From: a virus
Length of the DNA: 64,000 nucleotides
Virus record (IMG/VR): IMGVR_UViG_3300007640_000033
Location: 4,180 to 68,179 of that record
Direction: 5' to 3' (one strand)
This document shows positions 49,201-58,559 of the stretch, piece after piece (within the stretch, counting starts at the first letter, position 1; every line of letters begins with the position of its first letter). The notes below the pieces were generated by a model, which was not told the origin of the DNA, made no database searches, and saw only the letters and a program-made list of their open reading frames with translations. A program made the translations under genes and the position numbers.

Positions 49201-51142
49201 TAACGATTCGGTAAATGGTTATTTATTTTATCCATCATATTTTTATACACCAGGTTCAGGTTTTAGTGCTTATACAACATCAGCAACTACTTTATATTCT
49301 CGTTTAGATGGTAGTTCGTCAACATTTAGACCAAACTCAAGTGCACAACCATTGAATAACGCTTCGGTAATACAGTCTAATAGAGTTAAAAGTAATGGTT
49401 CTAATAATTTATTATCATTAACTGCGAGTGAAAGGGTTTATAAGTATTTGATTGGTGATGTATTAGATGGTGGTTCATACATGTACTTTGTAAAAGATTC
49501 ATACGGTACAACACCATTTAGTCAAGACGCTTACTATTCACCGGTGTATTCAAAAACAAACTCTATGTCATTCTCTGATAAAAATAGAGTTGTTATGAGA
49601 AGTGATAGATTACCAAGTTCAGACCTACAAGAAACATCACTGAATAACAGTTATTTATTACAGCAAAATTTAAATTTTGCCATTTATAACCAAACAAATC
49701 CACAAGAAATAAACGCCGCTTTTAATGGTTATAGTACAGGTGCTTCTTTAGGTTCTAATAGTTTATCCAATAATGACTTTTTAGGTACAAATGTTTTAGA
49801 CTCATATTCATGTGAGAATATGGTTTCACTTGATTGTTATAGTGGAGATGGATATAACTTTGGTGTCATCCCTAATTGTGATGGCGATTTTGTTCAAAAA
49901 GGTTGTTATGTTCTTGTTACAAAACCATTTGTTACCTTACTAAAAGACTTTGGGTATGTCAATGAATGGGGTTATAGATTTAGATTTTTCTATGGTATTT
50001 GTCAGGGGGTAATCTCCGATGTATTCTCGAATAACTGGGTAAACGGAACGGTATATACATTCCCAATTCAAATTGATAATTACTATAATGGTAATCCATT
50101 TAGTCCTGATTTCAATCAACCAACAAGCGAATATTGTCAGAAAGCGGTTTATCTACATGAGCCAACCAATAATTTTTACCTAAGGTCGACACCTTACTAT
50201 TCAGGAACCACATCAACCGCAGGTACTTTTGTTGGTGATATACCTCTTACAGGGGCATTCAATGATAGAGAGGTATTATTCCCGACAACAATAATGGATT
50301 TAGGTCCCAAAGATTTTTATCTAAAAGAATTGATACATTCATCAACTTATGATGGATATTCTGTTTCAGGATTAACAACAACATCATATGGTGATTTGAG
50401 TGATATTTTAAACGTATTTTTATTAACTAGAATTACAAATACGGGATTTTTATCTCAGTTATTTAGTGCGGGAAATGCCTCAATAAATGGTTTGTTTGAC
50501 CAAAGAAAAAATGCATATGATAATGCGTATGGTAGAATTGATGGTGATTATGCGCAATTATCATCAATAAATTCTCAAGTTGGTGTTATAAAATTTAATA
50601 AAAATTATTATGGAACAGGAAATCAAATAATAGTTGCTGGTAACAACAATGATAATGTTATGTTGGGTATATTCTTCTCATCATCAACATATGACATTCA
50701 ATTGATGGATAATATATCACCAGGTAGAAATATTATTAATATTAATAATCTACAAGTTTTGGACACATATGGGTTTAATTCACAAGAAGTACCAATGATG
50801 CAATGGAATATAATATCAAACACATCATTTAATACAATATTTGGTTCTCAAAGAAATGGTTGGGCAACAAATAAAAATGATATCTATAGTATAAAGTACC
50901 AATCGTTAGATAGAATAACATCCAAATACTTCCAAAATGGTAATAGAGATAGTACTTATAATATAAGAGGATATATTTTCGCTCAAGACCAAAACGGTAA
51001 TCTTACAACAAGTACACAAGGTATAACACAAGGTAAAAAAATAGTAGGTGCTCCTTGGCACTTCTATTTTGGACTTAAGAGAGGTGCGTCGGCATTTGAT
51101 AAATTTGCTAAAATTTATATAACAGACCCAAATGAGCTCTGA
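46277..51142 (+). CDS. Large baseplate-region protein with N-terminal carboxypeptidase-regulatory-like beta domain and internal hydrophobic helices
   Basis: GVIAGRV...GIPNARVS and TNSSGDYMILGVPTG; hydrophobic stretch at about aa 500-600 followed by YPDCEACDC; TATTTAT at 46257-46263. Confidence 0.55.
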   Translation: MPNSYRIRTEVGVDKNIQVQIDQDFDELEILSLKIRQSDVYTKDCSQYGVIAGRVLANGGFGIPNARVSVFIPLSQEDELNPIISTLYPYQNIGDLNEDGYRYNLLPYIPSHGGHTATGTFPERNDALFDEAVIEVFDKYYKFTVKTNSSGDYMILGVPTGNHTVVLDLDLSDIGEFSLSPQDLIRMGLATESQVAGTRFKSSEDLNSLPQIVNLNKAIDVAPLWGQPNVCQIAISRVDFDLRQEASIDIQPTAIFMGSMISSPDDTKLSTYCNPKNRLGNLCELITGPGEIIGVRQTIFQGEDGYPLLEVADLPNNGNLIDEDGTFLFDVPMNLDYVVTNEFGERIFSNDPKKGIPTSSKYRFKLKWKQPNTLNVDVKRPYVLVPNVREWGWNSTGTNYNVDDVEKSYAFSLDWSAYTNPDSAVACEDTFYKFQYNKVYTVSQFIDNLSGEEDNPYLFISNIFGRREKFVGIKEITSRECKSTNNEFPTNDAVRNFNLQFFIVSILFQILQIIMLPLVFIFHVVAFLWNEFLIPFVILMLALSTNQIIGEIAAAQAAIASSAGGGFANFLMAIPFALKAAAWAAFGISFTVLAIKLYGTKFPQIRLPMITYPDCEACDCGSSEGVSNGTPNFGSSSLVQTSGSIYTMKNTTFPISGNDWALDPDSNNYGTKKALYESGVISILGGLASPDERKRMPGIGDKVDGKRFWSNQLTLSERINKFNLKQNYFNNGTNRVKLYIAPNVASNSGKFHYDSTITVFSQPGVTYNAGDLVTFVNRTNSSDINTISGVTNDTGTNTITGTSSTLTQVTIPWCNTSNYFLQNTTTYNFTGDTTGYTIYHEYPTDIEYCQVITAVTVSEVRTLLQNTSGGPNFQSFYNIINGSMDIYNEQRNGDKKTFPFPNVIDNFDSQVILILQRGVDPYSPLVETKVGLGKILGRTSEDSIQVTTNLRLNIPLQPIPSTSTLSLKQHNISNNNDSVNGYLFYPSYFYTPGSGFSAYTTSATTLYSRLDGSSSTFRPNSSAQPLNNASVIQSNRVKSNGSNNLLSLTASERVYKYLIGDVLDGGSYMYFVKDSYGTTPFSQDAYYSPVYSKTNSMSFSDKNRVVMRSDRLPSSDLQETSLNNSYLLQQNLNFAIYNQTNPQEINAAFNGYSTGASLGSNSLSNNDFLGTNVLDSYSCENMVSLDCYSGDGYNFGVIPNCDGDFVQKGCYVLVTKPFVTLLKDFGYVNEWGYRFRFFYGICQGVISDVFSNNWVNGTVYTFPIQIDNYYNGNPFSPDFNQPTSEYCQKAVYLHEPTNNFYLRSTPYYSGTTSTAGTFVGDIPLTGAFNDREVLFPTTIMDLGPKDFYLKELIHSSTYDGYSVSGLTTTSYGDLSDILNVFLLTRITNTGFLSQLFSAGNASINGLFDQRKNAYDNAYGRIDGDYAQLSSINSQVGVIKFNKNYYGTGNQIIVAGNNNDNVMLGIFFSSSTYDIQLMDNISPGRNIININNLQVLDTYGFNSQEVPMMQWNIISNTSFNTIFGSQRNGWATNKNDIYSIKYQSLDRITSKYFQNGNRDSTYNIRGYIFAQDQNGNLTTSTQGITQGKKIVGAPWHFYFGLKRGASAFDKFAKIYITDPNEL

Positions 51143-52820
51143 AGGTAAACAAGTTGTTTTAGGTTCCTTGAAATATAAGTCTAGTACAAACCAAGACTTA
51201 TTTATTCAAGTACCACTTACTGGTGAACAATCAGAAATGATTGAGTCAGATAGAACTATTGTTGTAAATGCTGCTACTGAATATGATGTTGAACGACAGA
51301 AATCAACAGTATTTAGACCAAGTGCCAAAATTAATTACATATATAATAATGATGTATTAGGTTCAACTACATACCCAATCTTATTAAATAATATGTATTA
51401 TTTTAACGCTAAACAATCTTTTTATAGTGGAAAATGGAGTGGGTTTCCACAATATCATGAATTTGATTTAATTAGAAATGATGTTGACACACAACAAGTT
51501 CAATTTGTAGCAAAAAGCGCATCAACATATAATTGGAATGTTATGTTGAGTTATGCTTATGATAATAACACAACAAAACAAATGAAATATGAATCACCTG
51601 AATATACAATTTCATGGGTTTGTAGTGATGGTATTCCATATAGAATAACAAATGAAAGATATAATGGACAAAAAGTCTTAAAATTCACCTGTCCTATGAC
51701 ACATGGATTATCTCAAGGAGATTATGTTATTTTGGATAAATCTTATAATGGTTCAAATGCATTTCAAGTGGATTATATTGGTGATGATTATCAGAATAAT
51801 TTAGAATACGTTTTTATATTAATTGATATTGGATACACAGGTACTACTCTTAGTGATGGAGTTACAGGAACATTCAAAAGATGTACTGATATAAATAATA
51901 GTGGAGAAACGACCTCAACTTATTACGTTAGAAGACAAAAAATATTGACACCAATCCAAGAAACAATTTTAGAAAAAGCCGGATTTGAATTAAATCCTTT
52001 TAGAGATGATGTTCAATACGAAACAAGTATTTTTACACCCAATCAAACAGCTAGAATTTCAAAGAAAAACAATTCACAAGCGTATACCATATCCTTCAAA
52101 GAAGATTTAGATTTTAGTGGATTGATTGATAATCAAAAAAGACCATTATCTAAGTTATATTATTCATTTTTTAATAGAGGGTATTTTGGAATGTTTTACG
52201 ATAATGGAACCAATGGACTAAAAGAGGGGTGGAAATTTAACGTTGGTACCGGAACTACTTGGTGGGATAAAAACAATCCTGATTCTGATAGTTCATTACA
52301 ATTGAATAGTTATACTAAAGTTGTTGGAGGACAAACATACCAATTCAACTATAATCAAACACCAAATATTGGTGATGTATTTGATGGTGATTTTTGTGAG
52401 TGGAATAATTATGAAATGACTGAAAGAGTTGTTTCAAATATGTACCATAAAATTACATATAATCAACAAATTTTTAATACACAAGAAACACCAACAACAA
52501 ATTATTATGGGTTTTATTATCAACCGTTTCATCCAACATCAATAAAAGAATTTTCATCTTATATTGAAGACGCAATTCCCACAATGGCAGATAATGTCCC
52601 AACCTATTCTTATTTCTCACAATCAACAAATAGATTTAGGTGGAGAGATATATACCCTTATGGTATTGTAGATGAGATTGGTGTTGGTGTTGATTACCCA
52701 TATCTGAATTCAGCTCATTATCCATTTGAAAATATAATTTTTAGATTAATTCCAGAAGGGGTTAATTATAATATACAGACATTTATAACAACAGACCCAG
52801 TAATCGATGATTGTGAATAA
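51132..52820 (+). CDS. Putative baseplate / structural protein
   Basis: Overlap-coupled within the baseplate operon; contains THGLSQGDYV, a beta motif seen in virion proteins. Confidence 0.55.
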   Translation: MSSEGKQVVLGSLKYKSSTNQDLFIQVPLTGEQSEMIESDRTIVVNAATEYDVERQKSTVFRPSAKINYIYNNDVLGSTTYPILLNNMYYFNAKQSFYSGKWSGFPQYHEFDLIRNDVDTQQVQFVAKSASTYNWNVMLSYAYDNNTTKQMKYESPEYTISWVCSDGIPYRITNERYNGQKVLKFTCPMTHGLSQGDYVILDKSYNGSNAFQVDYIGDDYQNNLEYVFILIDIGYTGTTLSDGVTGTFKRCTDINNSGETTSTYYVRRQKILTPIQETILEKAGFELNPFRDDVQYETSIFTPNQTARISKKNNSQAYTISFKEDLDFSGLIDNQKRPLSKLYYSFFNRGYFGMFYDNGTNGLKEGWKFNVGTGTTWWDKNNPDSDSSLQLNSYTKVVGGQTYQFNYNQTPNIGDVFDGDFCEWNNYEMTERVVSNMYHKITYNQQIFNTQETPTTNYYGFYYQPFHPTSIKEFSSYIEDAIPTMADNVPTYSYFSQSTNRFRWRDIYPYGIVDEIGVGVDYPYLNSAHYPFENIIFRLIPEGVNYNIQTFITTDPVIDDCE

Positions 52821-53595
52821 CTATAAAATAACGATACCTTCAGGTACTACGGATTTCAATTTCGTGGTTGATATGTCATGGGATATGTTAGCGCGTGATA
52901 ATGAGATTGACATTTACGAGGGTAAAGTTTTGGCTTTATTATTAGGTGGTGATACTAATTTTGAGTTAGATAGGTTTGAACATGCGGAACATGATAATGG
53001 AACAGCAATAAATTACGACTTTTATTTCACATCTGCGGCAACAATAGATAGTCAAACTGTTTGGTCAAATACGTACATACAACAAGGGTTTACTGTACAA
53101 AATTTATATTATGCACAAAACTCATTTACAAATTCATTCTTCAAGTTGGACTTTTATGATACAACGGAAGAAACTAATCAAAATAGCTACCTAACAATAA
53201 TAATTCCAACAAGTCAAGGAAGAACAACACCTGCTCAATTACAAAGAGGGGTTAATGTTAATATTAGAAAACCATCATTTTTATTAGATTATGTTGGAGA
53301 CAAAGAAGGTTTCTTTATTTATTGGTTACAAGATTTTGAATATTTGGGTCTCGATAGATTTTATATGTCAGCAAAGTTTTATGACGCTAAATTAGGTGTA
53401 TTTGTTAAAATGATGAATGAACCACAGAATGTGTCAGGCACTGGTTATTACAATTTCAATGGAGCAGATAAATTCTATTATAGAGTAGATATGGATTATT
53501 CTAATCAAACATATAAGGTTTATGATATGAATAATAGTAGAGTTGGTGATTCAGAAACAAACTCAATAAAATGGTATGAATATGTTAATCCATGA
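52807..53595 (+). CDS. Putative structural protein
   Basis: Overlap-coupled ORF in the baseplate operon. Confidence 0.55.
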   Translation: MIVNNYKITIPSGTTDFNFVVDMSWDMLARDNEIDIYEGKVLALLLGGDTNFELDRFEHAEHDNGTAINYDFYFTSAATIDSQTVWSNTYIQQGFTVQNLYYAQNSFTNSFFKLDFYDTTEETNQNSYLTIIIPTSQGRTTPAQLQRGVNVNIRKPSFLLDYVGDKEGFFIYWLQDFEYLGLDRFYMSAKFYDAKLGVFVKMMNEPQNVSGTGYYNFNGADKFYYRVDMDYSNQTYKVYDMNNSRVGDSETNSIKWYEYVNP

Positions 53596-54671
53596 TAGAT
53601 ACTGCTTACAAATATATTATATCGCCTGAAAATATCAAAAATGATATTTTCCAAACCACATATGATGGGGTAACTGTTGGTGCGTACTCATCAATGACCC
53701 AAGTCCTCGCCTCAGGAATATTAACTGGACTTACAATCCCGATATTGATTACTGAAAACACAATTGATTTGGGTTATTATTCTGTTTTTGATGGTGCTGT
53801 ATATCAAAAAGAAACTGTTACTAATTTTATTTTTTCAGCATCTTCGGCCAATTCATATACGTATTATGTTTATAATACCTCATCTGATATAAACAAATTC
53901 ACAGAATTGGCGAGTTATGTAATAGATTGGGGTGATGGTAGTCAATTAGAAACCGTAACATCGTTTGCTCCAAATAATGTATCACATTTATACCCTTCAG
54001 TACCTGAACAAAGTGGTTTGACAATAACTATGACTCAATCAACACCATTTGGTGTTAATACAATTAAGAAAAATATTGTAATACCTTATACAGGAGTAAC
54101 AATTGACAATCCAAATGGTGAGGCTTTTTTTACACCAAATGTTGGTTCATGGACTGCAACACCTGTTTCTTATGATTTTATATTCTCAGGTGACAGTGTA
54201 AATACCATTGAGAGTGAGGTAAGTGCTGATTATACAACAGTACCATTCCCTGTATCAGGGTATACGTCATCTAGAATAACAGAATTGGCTAATTATGGTT
54301 CTGTAAAATATGACGTTGGATTAAAATATGTGAATGACATTTATATTGGTGCTATTACCAATATGACAACAGGTGTATCAGGTTATACTGCTTACACAGT
54401 TAATGATATAGATTATTATGATTATTCAGATGGAACTACAATTTTTGTGGTTCAATCATCAGGATTTACACAAAATGACTTAGTTGCTGAACCAATTGTA
54501 AAAGATGAGAGTCTAATTGGAATAGTTTCACCTCCAGAAATTCAATCAGATGTATTTATTGAGAGGGGTAAAAACTCGGCAAATGAAAGACTACAGAGAC
54601 TCGGAGAAGTTAATAACATGGAAGCACTTACTCGTTATGGGTATGGGTTTTTTAATATTGTAAAAAAATAA
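53592..54671 (+). CDS. Structural protein with PKD-like domain
   Basis: YVIDWGDG...SHLY PKD-like signature; rich in [ST]Gx[ST] tetrapeptides. Confidence 0.55.
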   Translation: MIDTAYKYIISPENIKNDIFQTTYDGVTVGAYSSMTQVLASGILTGLTIPILITENTIDLGYYSVFDGAVYQKETVTNFIFSASSANSYTYYVYNTSSDINKFTELASYVIDWGDGSQLETVTSFAPNNVSHLYPSVPEQSGLTITMTQSTPFGVNTIKKNIVIPYTGVTIDNPNGEAFFTPNVGSWTATPVSYDFIFSGDSVNTIESEVSADYTTVPFPVSGYTSSRITELANYGSVKYDVGLKYVNDIYIGAITNMTTGVSGYTAYTVNDIDYYDYSDGTTIFVVQSSGFTQNDLVAEPIVKDESLIGIVSPPEIQSDVFIERGKNSANERLQRLGEVNNMEALTRYGYGFFNIVKK

Positions 54672-54675
54672 AAAA

Positions 54676-55581
54676 ATGGCGATAGGAACATACGGAACCA
54701 CAAGACCAGCAGACGTTTCACCAGAAGATGTTGATATTATCTTGAACTATACCCCTTCAAGAGATGTTACAGACAATTATGTGTTGAAATCATTAGATGC
54801 TGCATCAATTCTTAGACCTTATTTCAATAACTCCACAACAGGTGGAAGTAATGTTGAAATATTAGGTGGGTTATATAATTTAAGATTACCTTCATCTGAA
54901 TTCAATCAGGTTGGAATTTATACTTTATATATTCGACCTAAGCAAATTAGAACATCAATTACTGATTGTGGGGTTTTAGCTGCATTACCAAACGTAAAAG
55001 GTATTGTTATTGATTTATCAAATGTTTCAAGTGCTGATAGAAATAAATTTGTTAGCCAAGGTCTTGTAGGTTTTAGAGTTGAGTATTTAAATTCTGACGG
55101 AACTAAGATACCTAATTTCTTTAGAATAGTAACATCTAATTTTTATTGTGAACCTGTTATTCAGAATTTGACAAATACATCTCAAAAAGCTGTCAGGTAT
55201 AGATATACGGATGGGGTGTCAAATTTAGTATTCTGTACTCTTTCACCATCGTCTTCACCAACAAACAAACCGAATTCTACACCATTCATTGGTCAACCTG
55301 CTCAAAGTATTATTCTAAGTAATACCTATTTCAATCCTATTACTATGGAAATTGAAATGGTTGAGTACGACATCCAGTCATTGGCGATAGCTCTTTACGG
55401 AAATCAAACTAAGAGTATTGATGATGGTATCTACACGATTTACGACTCAGATAATAACATCTATAAACAATACAACCTCTATGAAATTAGAGACCAATTC
55501 AACAACTTGTTGTATGAGGTTCGTCAAGATAGAGGTACTAATATTGATTTCAGTAAGAACTTCACCAACATCACTGAATAA
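54676..55581 (+). CDS. Putative baseplate / structural protein
   Basis: 301-aa ORF in the baseplate operon. Confidence 0.55.
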   Translation: MAIGTYGTTRPADVSPEDVDIILNYTPSRDVTDNYVLKSLDAASILRPYFNNSTTGGSNVEILGGLYNLRLPSSEFNQVGIYTLYIRPKQIRTSITDCGVLAALPNVKGIVIDLSNVSSADRNKFVSQGLVGFRVEYLNSDGTKIPNFFRIVTSNFYCEPVIQNLTNTSQKAVRYRYTDGVSNLVFCTLSPSSSPTNKPNSTPFIGQPAQSIILSNTYFNPITMEIEMVEYDIQSLAIALYGNQTKSIDDGIYTIYDSDNNIYKQYNLYEIRDQFNNLLYEVRQDRGTNIDFSKNFTNITE

Positions 55582-58559
55582 TGGCGGATACTCGTAAATA
55601 CATATACCCACCGAGACCGGCTAGTGGAGCTGGCACTTTTTCTGATAACATCGTCGGATTGCAAACCGTAGATGGTGGAGGACTTACGCAGGGTAATTTT
55701 GAATTTACAACAGGTATTGCGGAAAAGGTAAATCGTACTTTTGATATTGGTTCTTTTTCTGAACCAATATCTTTAGACACATTACAAATAGACCACACGG
55801 CTGAGTCCCGTGCAATAATTGAGAAACAATATAAAGTATATCCTAAGTTTAATACAACTCAGATATTAAACTTTACCTTATATGGTTCTTTAGCTAAAAG
55901 ACTTGAAGTATCGATTACTAAAATTATAAATTGGTTTCCCGGTGCATTGGATTTTACAAATCTAAACTCTGGATATACAACAGGTAATACTGCAATAAAC
56001 ATTTCATATGACTCAGTTTCAAATGAAACTTACTTTGAGGTTGTATTAGCGCAAGCAAAAAACCCGTTTGATATTGACTATACACCATCGGCGGCGACTG
56101 CAATAAACAGTGTTGTAAATGATGTATCACCACTTAGGAATTTTTATTCAAATTATTTTAAATATGTTCTTGATATAAATGGTACAACTTACCCAATTGT
56201 TGATATTGTTGCACCACAAACAATGAGTGGACCAACATTGGGTTTATATATTTTAGGACAACCTTTCAATAGTTCAACAACAATTGATAGATTTTTAATA
56301 AGACCTAGTGATTCCGTTGTTGACCAAGTATTCAAACAGGATTTTGATGAGGTAGAACAATTTTTATTGAATAGATTATCGAATCCTATATATACCGCAT
56401 TTTTCCAAGTACCAACAGAATCACCAACAGGTCAGTTCTATACTAAAGCACAAACTGTAATTTGGCCATTAGATGGTCCTTGGAATATTTTAATTGAAGG
56501 AACCGCTTTTGACACATATCTTGAAACTGTTAGTGAAATTGCGGCTCAATTAGATACAACAAGAACTGATTATATAACCAGAAGTTTAATTACGGATGCG
56601 TTTAGAGAATTTGATACTGAAGATAGAAGGATTGAAAAAGTTCTTCAAATCTATGGAAGAAGTTTTGATGAGATTAAAAAATACATTGATGGTTTATCTT
56701 TTGTCAATTCAGTTCACTATAATCCATCTAATGATATACCTAGTGAATTACTTAAAAATTTAGCAGAAACAATTGGTTGGGATACAAATATATCACCAAT
56801 ACAGAATGACGACCTAAAAGATGCAATATTTGGTAATACAAATACAATCACCTATTCAGGATATTCAAGAGCGCTAACACCTGAAGAAATTAATGCTCAA
56901 TATTTCAGAAATTTGATTCTGAATTCGGCTTACATTTTCAAGAGTAAAGGTACACCACGTTCTATCTTGGCTTTGATGAAGATGATTGGTGCTCCTGATT
57001 CTTTAATTGATTTTACTGAAAGTGTTTATTTAGCGGACCAAAAAGTTGACATGACAACTTTTGAATCTAACTATTCTCAAATCACTGGTGGAACTTATGT
57101 TGAACAATTACCAAGTTTAGATTCACAAGTAACGTTTAAATTACAGGGTCAAACTTACACTGGATTTGGTATTACAAATATAGTACAGGAAGTAGACACT
57201 AGCCTACGTGATTACCCCATCGATGTAAATGGATATCCAAAGGCTCCAATTTCAACTGATGAATTTTTCTTTGAAAAAGGTGCGGGTTGGTATGAAACCA
57301 CACCGGCACACATTAGTCCTGATGAGGTAGTAATTACAGGTCAGGTTTTCACAGGTCAAAATCCTGACATCCAAAGCCAGTTAGAACCATTCACCTATGG
57401 TCAAAAATATTTTGATAGGTTTAGAAAGTTCCCTTATATGAAAGAAGGGTTCAAACTTCAAAGAGTTGTTGATAATAAAAAGTCTTGGGTTGAAAACGAA
57501 ACTGTTGGGTTGGGTACTCTTAGGATTGGTAGAAATGCGGGGTACAATGCTTACTATTATACTTCAGATGAGAAGTTGGTATTAAATGCTAAGAACATTG
57601 ATTTATTCTTAAATGCAGGACAGGGATTAGCCTATGATGTGTGGAGGATGTCAACTAATTATAACTTCCCAATTCCATCATCTGGAGTTACAAGTTCAAC
57701 TGTTAGAACAGGTGATACTGATTGGACTGTTATTGACCCCCAACCTAGTAAGTTAACTTTCTTTGAATTCCAAGAAACTTTTTGGAAGAACATGATTGAT
57801 GTTAGAAACCGTCAATACATTACAGATGGTAAGACAGGTGGATACCCAAGATTGTATTCTATGTATTGGAATTATTTACAATCTCAAGAATTGGCTGGTT
57901 TAACAAACAACAATTACAACTATCAGAATCTAATTGAGTACATTCAGGGTATTGGTGATTTTTGGCCTCAGTTGGTAAAACAAATGATTGCGGCAACAAC
58001 CATTTGGAATACAGGTGAGAGGTTAGAGAATTCTATTTTCCACAGACAGAAAGTTGATTGGCCAAGACAAAGGGGTTGTGAATTGGTTCCTGTTCCTGCG
58101 GACCAGTGTTTTGGTACGGGTAACATTTTTGCGTACGACTGTTCGACAGAGTTTGTTGAGACGTTTATTTATCCATGGCTCAATAGTAGTTCATCGTTGA
58201 CTTCGTTTAGTGAGATATTACTTAATAGACTTACAAATTTTGCAAATACAAATGGTTTGACTTTGTCGGATTGTTTACAGAATTCATTGAAGACCACATG
58301 GTATATTGATGTAAGAATTGGAAATGATGTACTGGTATATGTACCGTACTATTATGGTTTTGGTATTGATGACGTACCGAGTAATCAGACATATAAAGAA
58401 GCCTTACAAAATAATTTGTCAACCTTAAATGATTATGGGTTCACTTATTTTATGAATGGAAATACATTAAGGGTTACTAATTTGGATTGTATCCCTTCAA
58501 ACTTGGAAAATGACTTTACCATAAACACGACCATAGGTCTTGAAATTTCTTGTTGCTAA
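55581..58559 (+). CDS. Baseplate wedge protein (T4 gp7 / P2 gpI-like)
   Basis: ELLKNLAETIGW and IFKSKGTPRSI motifs resemble gpI/gp7-type wedge proteins. Confidence 0.6.
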   Translation: MADTRKYIYPPRPASGAGTFSDNIVGLQTVDGGGLTQGNFEFTTGIAEKVNRTFDIGSFSEPISLDTLQIDHTAESRAIIEKQYKVYPKFNTTQILNFTLYGSLAKRLEVSITKIINWFPGALDFTNLNSGYTTGNTAINISYDSVSNETYFEVVLAQAKNPFDIDYTPSAATAINSVVNDVSPLRNFYSNYFKYVLDINGTTYPIVDIVAPQTMSGPTLGLYILGQPFNSSTTIDRFLIRPSDSVVDQVFKQDFDEVEQFLLNRLSNPIYTAFFQVPTESPTGQFYTKAQTVIWPLDGPWNILIEGTAFDTYLETVSEIAAQLDTTRTDYITRSLITDAFREFDTEDRRIEKVLQIYGRSFDEIKKYIDGLSFVNSVHYNPSNDIPSELLKNLAETIGWDTNISPIQNDDLKDAIFGNTNTITYSGYSRALTPEEINAQYFRNLILNSAYIFKSKGTPRSILALMKMIGAPDSLIDFTESVYLADQKVDMTTFESNYSQITGGTYVEQLPSLDSQVTFKLQGQTYTGFGITNIVQEVDTSLRDYPIDVNGYPKAPISTDEFFFEKGAGWYETTPAHISPDEVVITGQVFTGQNPDIQSQLEPFTYGQKYFDRFRKFPYMKEGFKLQRVVDNKKSWVENETVGLGTLRIGRNAGYNAYYYTSDEKLVLNAKNIDLFLNAGQGLAYDVWRMSTNYNFPIPSSGVTSSTVRTGDTDWTVIDPQPSKLTFFEFQETFWKNMIDVRNRQYITDGKTGGYPRLYSMYWNYLQSQELAGLTNNNYNYQNLIEYIQGIGDFWPQLVKQMIAATTIWNTGERLENSIFHRQKVDWPRQRGCELVPVPADQCFGTGNIFAYDCSTEFVETFIYPWLNSSSSLTSFSEILLNRLTNFANTNGLTLSDCLQNSLKTTWYIDVRIGNDVLVYVPYYYGFGIDDVPSNQTYKEALQNNLSTLNDYGFTYFMNGNTLRVTNLDCIPSNLENDFTINTTIGLEISCC

